The notes under the pieces were generated by a model. It saw only the letters and a program-made list of their open reading frames with translations. It was not told the origin of the DNA and searched no databases. From Marsupella aquatica (taxonomy: Eukaryota > Plantae > Marchantiophyta): a DNA stretch of 64,000 nt. A program made the position numbers and the translations under genes. The DNA is taken from positions 29,866,331 through 29,930,330 of the forward strand of contig OZ316891.1 in assembly GCA_973895155.1 (NCBI GenBank), given 5' to 3'. Every line of letters begins with the position of its first letter. Within the stretch, counting starts at the first letter, position 1. Positions 1 through 11,832 of this stretch are shown here, in pieces.

Positions 1-796
1 CAGCCAATACAGATTTTGAATTTGTCCAGGCCCTAATCCAATTATTTCTCAAGGTAAGCCTGAACCTGGTGTCAGTAATTTTGGATCAAGTTCTTTGTGT
101 TGTAGTCACTCCAAATACTGTCTAGGCATCCTACAGTGAAAAGTCTGAAGATGGCCAAGCTTTAAAGAAACTCGTTTTTGTTTCTTTGACAATTTGGTAG
201 AAACTGAAAATGTAATAGAAACGAGAGTTGCATTGAATCGAATGCAGAATGATAATGAGCCTATCTCAGACTTACAATGTACCTCGTGCTTTGACAGATT
301 CATGGGCAAACAATTATCAGGAATTCTCGCGTGCAAGAAAAGTCGAAAAGGCTCCTTGATTTACAAGGGTTGTCCTGGCAAAGACTGGATTCCACATTCC
401 AAAAGATCCGATGCACGGTTGCTTTTTTATGTAATTCACAACTGTAGCTAATACAAAAATTTTGAAAGAGAGTTTCCCCTTTGCAATCCATTCGTCTTCA
501 CCCTTAGCCAAGAGAGTTTTGCTGTCATTACCAGCTCTGGGCATTGAAATTAATGGCGTGGTTTCCTTGAAGCTATGTATTTGATCATCCTAATTTCAGT
601 TACCCAAGTGGGAGGCACTTGCATGCTGCTAAGGTTTTGAGGTGTGCCAATGAAGCTCATCCATATTGACCGTGAGATGTGGGATAGGGGTAAGGGGTCT
701 CTTTACATAATCTTTGCCCCATATCTGGCTTCCATAAAATTTGTCTCAGATCTCGTCTGAATCGATCATTCAAAAATCTTTCCCCCATATCTCGGC

Positions 797-929
797 CCTT
801 CAAATTTGCCTGAGATCAAGTCTGGATCATTCGAAAGACAACTGGAAAACTTATCTACACTTCCTTCAAATTTGCCTGAGATCAAGTCTGGATCATTCGA
901 AAGACAACTGGAAAAACTTATCTACACTT
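797..929. repeat. Tandem duplication, 2 x 66 bp
   Basis: CCTTCAAATTTGCCTGAGATCAAGTCTGGATCATTCGAAAGACAACTGGAAAA(A)CTTATCTACACTT occurs twice in tandem and shows up as repeated peptides in ORFs 741..983 and 806..1096. Confidence 0.9.
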
Positions 930-976
930 CTTGGAGGTTTAAGGGTGCGAACCTCTTTGAAGGCTCATGGAACACT

Positions 977-986
977 CCCCTAAAGC
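977..986. repeat. Left target-site duplication CCCCTAAAGC (partner at 12551-12560)
   Basis: Identical 10-mer (11 with the next G) lies just outside both ends; 9-11 bp TSDs are typical of MULEs. Confidence 0.75.
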
Positions 987-2883
987 GGGGGTATTTACAA
1001 ACGACAGGAACCAGGAAACAGCAAACAGTTACTGTTACCAGGAGAAATGGAAAAAAGAACATGGGATTGAGTTCCATTATTTGGTCAAGAAGTTAAAAAA
1101 ACACCATCAATAAACCCCATTTTCAGTTGTTTTCAATACCACCATCCAATTGTCAAGGAAAGTAGGGGCCATTAGAATAAAGGTGTTGCCGAAAACCGGT
1201 GATGGCCAGCGCACAACGCTAGTATGCCGGCAGGGAAGGGCAAAAATTTAGGTATTCATAAAATAACGAAAAAGATGGAGATTCTACGTAACGTCAATCG
1301 AGAAGAGAACAGTAAAGTTAATGACCATTAGAAAAAGGCGTTGCCAAAAATATGCGGATATTAGCAGCGCCCAGCGCTAGTATGCTGGAAGAGATTGTCC
1401 GTCACATCAATCGAGAAGTGAACACAGGAAACTCAATTTGAAGCATTTCCAACAAAGAGAGGCAATGGCAGACGTTGAATATTTTCAGCGATGGGCGCTA
1501 CATTAAATGTCGGACCTCAAGAAATCAACGTCTAAACACGGAATACAATGACCATAGGCAGCGCTCGGCGCTAGCTCAAATCTAGGAATCAATGAATGAC
1601 CATGAAAGAACAAGAGAGCCGATCCAAAAGTGCATTCCTTAATTCCAAAATTGGTCAAAACATATAACCGGTATTACACCATCCGCAGATCATCTTCAAA
1701 TCAACCCACGACATAACATGAACATAAGCAGCGCTCGGCGCTAGCTTAAATCTAGCTATCTTAAATGTAGCCCGCCCTGGCCCGTATGTGCTTTATCTCG
1801 ACCTGAGCCGCACATAACAGGGCCGCTGATCCAAAATGGGCCAAAGATGGAGCCGGAAATACATGAACTTAGAATCACCCATAGAAGAAATCCCACGGTC
1901 CAAGACGAACAAAAGCAGCGATCGATGCTAGCTTAAATGGAAACCCTATGGCCACTGAAGCTTGTGTCACTGAAACCATCTCCGTCGTGAATAACTTTAG
2001 CTCTGCGATTGGCAGTCGTCGTCGATGCCCGCCCTGGCACGTCTGGGGTTTTGCTTGAAACCTAGACCCCTGAGACGCACATAAGAAGACGAGGGGCGCC
2101 AAAACTCCGAACTCTGATTCCCGGGGTCTGGAACATTTGTATCTAGGAAGTCAACACGTCCCAGTCGCTCTTGTACTCGTAGCTCAATAGGCTAAATACC
2201 ATCAGCAGGAATGAGAGAATGAAACGAAAACCGATCAACAACTGCGAGCGGAGTGTCCCGGTCGTTAATCCAAGGTAAGTTCCTCTCCCCGGGACTAATC
2301 GCCTCATCATAAGGAAGAGAAAAATGATTCCGGAAGGTCGAGGTCTCGCTGGATGTGTCACCATGAATGGACTCGAAGGAGCTAAAGTGACTCTCGTCCG
2401 GTCGAACTCTGGAAGGAGCAAAGAAGGCAAGCATCTCCTCCACAGACATGATCTCCTTCTTCTCCATCTGGTGGGCACTGTTAAACGCAATCGAGGCTAA
2501 TGACAAGACCGGTGGTGTTGAAATGACTCGACTTCGAGAGAGGTTGTGTTTGAAATAACTTGCAAGAGTGACCCAATGGAGAGTTTAGGTTCGGAGATCA
2601 GCAAAAACGTATCACAGAAAGGTTCAACGCAAAAAGGACCGTTGAGAAAGAGACGACTGTTCCGGTAGCGACAAAATATGCGGGGCCAAGGAACGGACGG
2701 AGGATTCAAAATTCGCAATTAGACAAATAGATGTTTGGGGAGCGCCCGGCGCTAGTAAGGGAAATGAGGAATTTAATCCATTTTATTATCAATGTAATGT
2801 AAACAAATCATATCTAATATAATAAATAAATGGATTAAGATAACAGCGCCCGGCGCTGGTAAAATGTAAGCCGAAAACACTCT

Positions 2884-3237
2884 TTAAGAATTGGACGATT
2901 CCGATTCGGAGCTCTGTGACCTCTCGGTAGAGACCGCCTCATCATCTACATACTTGCTCCTACAAACGTCGTCCACATAAGGATTTCGGACAAATTTTCT
3001 ATCAACTCCTCTTCGTAGCCGGAGACCTTTGTTTTCCCAACAAAGAGTCCTCTGATTGTCTTCCATTCTTGCAGCATTCTCAGCGTAAAAGGGTAAAACA
3101 AATGGTTTCTCCGGAGTGACAATTTCAAAACGAGCTACCTTTCTTCTGAGTTTGAAGCGTCTTCTCGTATTCCATTCGGACCTGGGTGAGAACAGAAGTT
3201 CGTCAACCGATTGTATGAATGGATATCACAAAGGCAT
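2884..3237 (-). pseudogene. Possible small third cargo ORF or exon (~117 codons, one in-frame TGA), unknown function
   Basis: ATG CCT TTG TGA TAT... reads through into ORF 2884..3066 (MPL*YPFIQSVDELLFSPRSEWNTRRRFKLRRK...SESESSNS). No family recognised. Confidence 0.3.
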
Positions 3238-3280
3238 GAAGGAACTGGAAAGGAGAAAGAAGCTTACGAGTTTCAGAACA

Positions 3281-6200
3281 TTACTCGGAAGAGTCATCGC
3301 TGTCACTCTGGCCAGCGGATTGTTCCTGACCCTTCCCCTCAGGTGTGCCATCCTCATCTTCGTCTACTGTACCACCACTTGACTCATCGTCAGAGTCAAA
3401 ATTGAGTACAGAATGGAGCTTGTCCCTCTTTTTCTTTTCGGGTGGCTGAATTGGGGGTGGCAAAGTTTCAACTTCCTTTGGAGAAAGTAGATCTAAGAAC
3501 ACCTTGGAACCAGTCTCAACGAAATCTTTCCTATTCTCCACTCCAATTACAAACCTCCCAGAATAGTCTCCAGCTACAAAAGAGCTACCCAACCCCACTG
3601 TCCAATCCATGAAAATATCCCTAGGACGAGTGATGAGCTCAATCACAGATTGCATGAATCCAACCGACAAACGGGCATTTCCAGCAAATTCCATCTCAGG
3701 TGTTGGATCGACTTTGAGAGAGGGAAGTCCAATTAAATTTGTTATTGAGGGATCTTCTGTGGCAGACAGAGGTCTAAACCTCGAGTCTTTTGGCACCTTC
3801 CCTTTTTCAGACACTCGAGAGAAGACGTCCAGCCTCAGCGTGAAGATCTGTAATATAACCCAAGCAAGGTATGTCAATGGATGCATTTGTAGACAATTTT
3901 TTAACGGCAAACCAGATGTCACAATGAGAAATTTACCTGTCGATCAGTCTTCGGCGCGTACATTGGAACTGACATGACAACATTGTGTGACGAGATGCAA
4001 TGAAACTTCTTTGAATCTTGACAAGCCGATATAACCTGAGACATCGGATCGTATTCCCCGTTATGTAAAATGGCCAGCATTCCGTCATCAGATAAAAATG
4101 GATCCATTCCACGAAAGAAAGATGTGGCCAAAGTGTGGTCAGGGACATTCCATTTAGGAACTTTTCTGTCTAGAAGAGATGGTTTAAGTCCTGTTGGAAG
4201 GTAGATGAAACCCGCGTGGACCCCAAACGATCTCTCCTTTCCACCACGCACAATGCCCTTCTCTCGAAAGCCAGACTTCATGAGATCCTTTCCCCACTTC
4301 TCTACACCATTCACCCAGTCAGGCTTCTCCCCTTTGTTAAACGTTGAGTTGTAGAATTCTGAGATGCTAGATTCAACAAGGCAATGCCTTGAAAGTCTAC
4401 TCTTGAAGTCCCCGACTTTGCGTTGAAGACCTACAGCAGCAGCACTTTCTCGAGAAGAAGATCCACCTTCAATGGTCCTTTTTCTCTTCTTCCTTGTACT
4501 GGTCGCATCCACCGGCGCGATCGCCTTCCCTTTGTCGGCGGGAGTAATTGGATCGGATGGTGCTCCGGTATTGGCTTCTGAAGCCTCTGGGGTGGCATCT
4601 ATCTTTGTATCTCCGCTCCCCACGGCGTCCGACTTTCTCCCTGTTCAAATGGATGTCAACGTGATATCCGTCAATAAAGAGACAACGACAATGCTAACTC
4701 CCAGCACTGGCCAAACTATCATAAGACTTGGCCTTAAATATACATCTTTCCGAGTAATAAATACCAATTCAGTTTCTAAAACATTGACTCTCATAACAGC
4801 GCCTGGCGCTAACAGATTTGGACTCCCATAGCAGCGCCGGGCGCTAACAATGTGACAGATATTGACTGCCATAGCAGCGCCGAGCGCTAACCAAAGGAAA
4901 CAAATTATACTTACATTTTTTCCCAGATCTTGTTGATTCACTTGGGGCCGTAGTATCTGCTCTTGCTTTGGCGCGAGGCTTCCTGCTTTGGTCAACATGA
5001 ACAATTGTTGTCTCGCATATTGTTTGCAATTCTGTTGTGGATTGATCCACATCATCCGGAAGTCCCTGCTTCATGTCAGAAACAACGTTGACTGGGATCT
5101 GGGACTTAGACAGCTTATGGAAAGCATCCTTTTCTCTGTGATCAAAGGGCGAGTCCCATCTATCTGTATCCAGGTACCATGGACAATGGGTTCTCTCCCA
5201 TTCACTCAAAGGTCTTGCTGGGAAAATTCCCTCGGCAGGATACATAGAATACAATTCAACTAAAGAATTACTCTCCGGTATGACAGTCCACTTGAGGAAG
5301 GCGACGGGATACGCCCAGAAGTAATCAGGATTGGTAGCCTCCATGTGGATGTAAAAACGGTAGAGATACCGTTTTGCTCGCTTCTGGTTCTTCAAAGAGT
5401 AATCCTCTTTGTTAGAATACTTCAAGGGCCACATTGTATTAAAAAACTTACCCTTGACAGAGTCACCGTATTTCCTCAAATCATTCGTAACTATTTCAAT
5501 GAGAGATTCGAATGATTCACATGCCCAATCTTGTAAGCGATTCACGGGAATGGTTTGTTGGACCTCTCGTAGAGCACATTGCAACATCCCCACCGCAATC
5601 CCTTCTACATTATTCCATGTAATCCAAGTGTGACACCACTATTTTACTGGATCATCATTGACGCTATTCGGATGGAAGAATTGTCTCCGGAGCTCCGGAT
5701 TGCAATGTGCTACAAGCAAAGTACTTCGTAGCTTGGCGTCAAGAGCCGAAACAGCTGTAAAAAGCCTGGCCCGGTCCATGGTACACAACACGGTATCTGG
5801 CTTCTTCTCTCGCTTATTCCTCTCCGTGACAACATACATCTCTGCGCACGTAGATAGAAAGTCCTCAAACTCTGGACTCAACAAAGGAGTGATTTTTGAG
5901 GTCTTAACTGCCCATTCCTTGGTTGCTTCCTTCATCATAACGGCATGCCTTCTGGAAACCTCCTCGACCGACCAAGGGGTACCGAGGGCCGCAGCGGACT
6001 CCATGTCAATCTTGAACTGGTTCGAATACGACTTAATCTTATCCTGACATAGAATGTACAAAAGAGCCTCCTGAGGCATCTTCTTTGTGTACCAGGATCC
6101 TTTTCGCGTCTTCACCCTGATCTGCTCAAACTTCTTGTAATTTGCAGGGTCGATGAGCTTACTATAGTACTCCAGGTCGTGCATCAAGATCCGCTTAATT

Positions 6201-7121
6201 CGATCGGCATCTAGGATCCAGGAGGGTTCCACAACTGCTTGTCCTAGCCTGAAATAAAAGAACGAAATGAGAACATATAAGCAGCGCCGGGCGCTCGCAA
6301 AACATGGCCTCAGAAAGTTATGCTAGAAAGAATGAACAATTCATAACGACTCACGAAGTTATGCACAAAAGGGTATCTTACTGGTTAACGGTGTGCATAG
6401 CCGCTTCGATTTCTATCAGCGAACCCTTGTCGCCATTGAAAATAGTACAAAGCACACACGGGTGGTACTTTGGGTTTTCGAGACTCTCTTGAGTGACAAG
6501 AGTCCACGAGTAAAGCCTATGGTTCCCGTCAAAAGTTGAGAACATTCTGTCCTTCAAAACTAGAAAATCTGGGTCGGCAGCACATTCTTCCTCGAATTTC
6601 TCGTTCTCAGATGTCCATATTGGATCCTAACTCTCATGAATTTCTTGAGTACAGGTGAGAAGCGCTCCCTCAGCATCGGTAGGCTGAACGTAAAACCTCG
6701 TTCCAATCGAAGAATTGTATCCCATGCTACGGAAAGAGTCTTTTAGCTTGTCAATGGAAGAACTGTCTTTCTGTAGAGTTTGGACAACCTCCATATGCAC
6801 CAATCGACATAGTGGAATTCGTGGAGGCTCTTTGTCAAACCCTCTGAAATCCTTCCCAAACGACATGACATGTTTTGAAATAAGATCCATCTCGGAAAAT
6901 GAAACATCTTGAATCGCAAATGTGTCAAGATTCTCCATCTTCTTTCTCACTGGTTTGGCAAACAAAATACTTGAGATTGGAACAAGCGATGCGGTGGACC
7001 TCGTTACTCGACGCGTATACACTGAACCAGAGAATGAAGACTCAGAAGACTCGCAATACCCACGATCCTGATCCCCAACCACACTATACCCCCTCGACGA
7101 GGAGGGGATTGCATCCATCAT
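3281..7121 (-). pseudogene. Transposon cargo gene: ParB/Srx-like N-terminal domain plus C-terminal beta-class N4C/N6A DNA methyltransferase-like domain; ~1114 codons, two premature stops
   Basis: Exons 7121-6382, 6248-4915, 4640-3937 and 3847-3281 joined by GT-AG introns give 3345 nt in one frame. In-frame TAG at 6627-6629 and 5639-5641. FSTFDGNHR lies at 6516-6542. IELITRPRDIFMDWTVGLGSSFVAGDYSGRFVIGVE resembles motif X-I of beta-class amino-MTases. Confidence 0.75.
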
Positions 7122-8042
7122 CTTTACGATGAAAGGTGTACGAACGGAATCCTCACGACTAATTACCAGTTCTCCGTACCATTAACAGTTGCGTCCGTAT
7201 TATATCCGATCAATGAGCGCTATTCCCCTCTTTGTAATCGGTTGGAGAGACGTTACTCATTGCGAACGACAAGATTCAATTTAATTTATCAGTGACGGAA
7301 AGCGACAATTTAGAAATTGCGATAAGTATTAATGTGAACTACCCTAAAATGTTTGCGTGATCATCACGCTGAACATTAGTTACCGTTAAATGTTTCCGTT
7401 GTCTCAACACCTTGCAGACAAACATGCAATGCCAGCACCGGGCGCTAACAAATAAGAGACTACCAAATTGAAGAACTTATAGGTGAACAAATGCTAGCGC
7501 CCGGCGCTAGCCATTTGAATAATTTCATTAACGTTCTTTTTAAGTAACAGATATTGTCAACAAACTCCTAAATGTACCTCTTTCACCTGTAGTAACCAAA
7601 ATTTACTTGATATTATGAGATTAAGTATATTGTATCAATACTAGCGCCTGGCGCTAGTAACAATTTACTGTATTTGCATCAATATTTCGTGTGTAATTAT
7701 GCTAGCGCCAGGCGCTAGTCAGAAGACTTTTCAAATTATGTCATTGTTATTCCAATGGCTTTTAGGTAGCGCCTGGCGCTAATGAAATGGACGCACTTGT
7801 ATAGACTACTATCTAGTCGTATTCATGTAATAAATATTCCTGACACCCGCACTTGACGGGCAAAAACGACAAATGTATCATTTATGATTTCAACGGACGC
7901 AAAGTTGTGCGTGTTCTATGTCGTATTGAAACGTCTCTTTCAACAGCCGGTGGTCCTTGAAGGGGTGTTATAAGCACAAGAAATATGGTTGGGATTGGGC
8001 TATTGCATGAATTACTTCTGGCCTAAACTTCTTTCGTCTACA
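7122..8042. promoter_or_regulatory. Divergent promoter region between cargo gene and transposase, with five palindromic motifs
   Basis: AT-rich spacer between head-to-head ATGs. (T)AGCGCCNGGCGCTA copies at ~7433, 7494, 7641, 7701 and 7768. Confidence 0.6.
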
Positions 8043-11000
8043 ATGTCGCGCTCAATTGTTATTACACGTGCTTGTACCCGGGAAGTCGTCAAAGTTCCCG
8101 TGCAGGTTTCTGATACTTATAGGCAAGTAAGCGAGAACTACCTGTGCGAGAGATTCGATTTGAGAATCAATGACATTCTGTCGATTGTTCCTGAGGAGTC
8201 ATCGAGTGGAGGACTTGAACCAGCTGCGGCATTTGATGTGGATGACGGAATACATTTCTGGCACATGAATGTAGGACTTTGTTACACGCTTCATGTCAGA
8301 CCTACTCCTCTTCAATCGGTTGTTCAGGACATTCCGCCCCAGGTTGTTGAAATATCTGAGAGTGAAGATGAGGAAGTTGCGCCCAATCCTCCTGAGAAGC
8401 ACAAAGCTCCAAGCTCTAGTTGCCTTAAGAGTGAACCGGTGGCCACTTCCGGAGATGTCCAGAAGGTTTACCAGCGGAGTGCAATGGACACCTTACTCAA
8501 GGCCACGGGCCATAGTGAACTGTCAAGATTTATCTCGGCAGGGGACTTTCGACACGATCAAGTTCCTTGTTTGCCAAACAAGTACAACGGAAATATTGTA
8601 TTTGAATTGCCTCCCATTGTGGGAATGCAGTCCAAAGGATCTAGACTTCGTGACATGGACCGTGCCAAAGATTGTTACATTTGGACCAGGATTTTTCCGA
8701 CGACCGCAAACGTGCAACCAAAAAAACACTGGGAGTTTGGTAAAGTCAGTTGTACTGGGTTCGTCGAGTGCAGGAACAAGTCCTGTGAATATTTTTTGCG
8801 AAAGAAGAGATGCAATTTGAAAGCGTGGGCTGGTACCCCTAAGCTTAGTGGCCAGCATGTGGTGGGTTCGTTCATTGAAGAGGGTGGTATAGTATGTCAC
8901 TACTGTGAAAAGATTCCTTTTTGTGTGGACTCTTGCCCTGCTCGCTTGTTCTATATGTATCCACAGGTACTACTTGATACGGAAACCTGTAGTCACATGT
9001 CTCGACTCGCAGTCCATATAGGTGAACATAACCATCCGAGTAGAAAAGTTTTCTCCAGGAGTGCTGAAAAGATGGCCGAGGACTTAATAAAAAGAAATCA
9101 CAAAGCCAATCCTCTTGCAAAACCGGCTGGGATTTTGAATTCGGCGACTAGTTCGCTTGTGAAAGCTCTTTGCGAGAACATTGACGACATCGTAGATATT
9201 GAAGAAACCAAAATTTGGAAGTCTCTCATGGTTCTATCTACTCCTCAGAAATTTGCGTCCCTTTGTCGCAGCGTTCGAATGGACCAGGCTGGTCGTGGTG
9301 AGTTAGATTTCCTAGCTCAAATGCAAAGGTCAAATAATATTTCTTTTCTCCAAAGGTATCTTCTTCCGGGTCAGGGTTGTTTAGCAGATCGTCCCCACAT
9401 ATTCAAAATGTCAGTCAAGGGTCATGGATCTGGTGTAGATCTTTTACGTCAGATGCAACCTGGCGGAAGACTGGAAGGGGCTTGGGTGAGTTTTGATGTC
9501 ATGAAGCGAGTGACAACCGACTGGTTTACTTTTAGCGCACACGTTTACGATCACAACTTTCAAGCTCTTTGTACAATATTCACATGCGAACTAAAAGCTG
9601 AAGACACAGAGTCCTTTGAGAAGGCATGGAGAATTATGATAGAGGTTTGTAAGGAAAATGGGTTACATGAGGTTACCATTCAAGGTTTTATGGCCGACAA
9701 TGCTCAGGCTGGATGGATTGCCGTTCGCAATGTCTTTTTTGGGGGTCACCCAGACCCTGAACGTGAACGCTCCAATGCATTCCACTTTTACCAGTCTTTC
9801 CATCGACATTCCACGGAGGGAGTACTCGAGGGTAGGCAACCTGAACATCTAAGACTGTGGGAGAAATTGCGAAATGCTCCATCATTCGTTGCGGCGTACC
9901 GAGTTTCTAGGGAGATTGTGTTATGGTGGCAAGCAGGCAATTGTGTTCCAGGAAAACTGATGATGTTGCAGAGTTGGATATCATGGTGGGTCGTTCGATG
10001 GCGTCAGTGGGGGAATTTCATTCGCGTGGTAAGTTTTATCAATGCTTACAATAGTCACTTCGCCATGTTTTTTACTAGCGCCTGGCGCTGCTTTTAACTG
10101 TACAGATGCCAACATTATATTATTACATCATACACAATGCTAGCGCCTAGCGCTACTTTAAAATGTACAGAGAACTTTGCCACATTCATGACTTATGAAC
10201 ACTTGATAATACCAACATTACATTAATGTATATTATATACATTGCTAGCGCCTGGTGCTGCTTAAACAAATTGACTAAAGTTGGTCTGGATCCACTTCAT
10301 TGCAGAGCAAAAGCGCAGAAGAAGGTGCCCTCATTCCAAACTGTACAGCATCTGAGTCAAGGCACGCTTCAATGAAAGCATGGGCAACCAAAAAAATGGT
10401 GGGCCTCTTCGAAGCATGCGAAGTTGATCAAAATCGGGCTATATCTCAAGTTGCGGGTTACAGTGCATATCGGAAAGGACTCAATAGAGGGAAGGGGCCA
10501 ACTATCTGGGAATTGGCATTCCGTTCGGCAGACCAAGCAGGTTCACCCAAGTTATTCGAAGAAGCCACTAACATGATTCTTTCCAACTCTGCCGATTTTG
10601 ATCTGGGTAGGAATTCTCCTCTGAATGGAGATATTGTCACCAAATCGGTTAAGAGGAAGGGACTTGCAACTGGGATTGTCTCGCCACAAGACTCCCATCG
10701 GCATGACACCATTCTCATCACTACCCCAAATACTCGAGGATTCAAACGGAAGAATCTCAACAAGACTGAGTTCACTTCCATTCCCGCCAATGTAGTAGAT
10801 CCTGTAGTAGACCTCTGCGGGAGTGACACTTCAACAAGTGAAAGCGATTCCCTTGCGAACACCCCTGAAGCCACGAGGGAAACAACATCATCTCAACAAC
10901 CACGCAGTGCCCCCGCTGTGGTTCAACGTTTGCCGACAGAATCAGCTCCATTGGAAATGGACGTTCCAAGAGGAAGCTGGCATTTGAGACGGACGGCCAA

Positions 11001-11832
11001 ATATGGGGCAAGGCCACAGTGTAATAGGACCTTGTATGGAAATTCTGACAGAGATGAGTGTCGAAATCGTGTCAAGAAAATAGGGTTCCATTCTGCTGCC
11101 GGTGTTGTCGGCATTGTTGTTAGCGGACATCGCATTTTCAGAGGAACTCCCATTGCCGAAATGATATGGTTCTGCCCAAACAGCACATGCTACAAGAGCC
11201 GCCCGCGTCGCGGTGTTGAACGCCTTCCTCCTGTGCCGGACATCCTGCCAGTTGTGAAAGGAACAAACCTCTCGCCTGGCGAGATAGAGTACCTTCAAGC
11301 GCAGGGAGTCTCTATGGTCCAAACAGCTGCGACCTCTCGAACTCGAACTGCACCATTTGCATTCGACTTGAGAATCAATGTTAACACATTTCCAGAGAAA
11401 ATCAATTTTGCGGAGCCCAACGTGCGCCTTCGTAGCAGGAATGGGAGGAACTCCAGACCTCGCTCTAATCTAACTGTGGCTCACAGTAAACGAATGGAGT
11501 CGGCTCGAAAAGAAACTATGACTCTGGATGGAGAGTGGGATGTGATTAGTGGAATTGCTTTTGGGAAACAATTCAGAATACGGACTCACGAGAACCTTCG
11601 ATCGCCAAACACTTACTTTGTCCAAATGTGCATCTTCCCTACTTGTTCCTGTGAGGATTTCTTCCGTCGTCATTCCCGCGGCAAGCTGTATATGCCCTGT
11701 AAACATTTGTACAGGGTGTTCATAAATGTCTTCAAGTTTCATGTAGAGGAGTCTACCCTGTGTAGCCAGCCGATTTTGACAGTTGGAGAAGTCAGACTTG
11801 TGTTGGAGAGGCACAACGCAAATGGTTTATAG
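8043..11832 (+). CDS. MULE-family DDE transposase with N-terminal GCM/WRKY-like zinc finger and C-terminal SWIM finger, ~1170 aa, two exons
   Basis: Exon 1 8043-10028, intron GTAAGT..TTGCAG 10029-10305, exon 2 10306-11832, in frame with no stops. Motifs: CTGFVECRNKSC..CHYC..CPAR..HIGEHNHP; D1 VSFDVMK (9495), D2 FMADNAQA (9696), xxFH, E in ASESRH (10354); SWIM CSCEDF..CKH. Start codon inferred. Confidence 0.85.

Noticed and set aside
4645-5055. ORF with repeated VSARRCYGS / LAPGA peptides
   Set aside because: The repeats are translations of the intronic palindromic DNA motif, not a protein repeat.
3281-7121. Five separate small genes as listed in the ORF track
   Set aside because: GT-AG junctions and in-frame readthrough of two stops join them into one reading frame.
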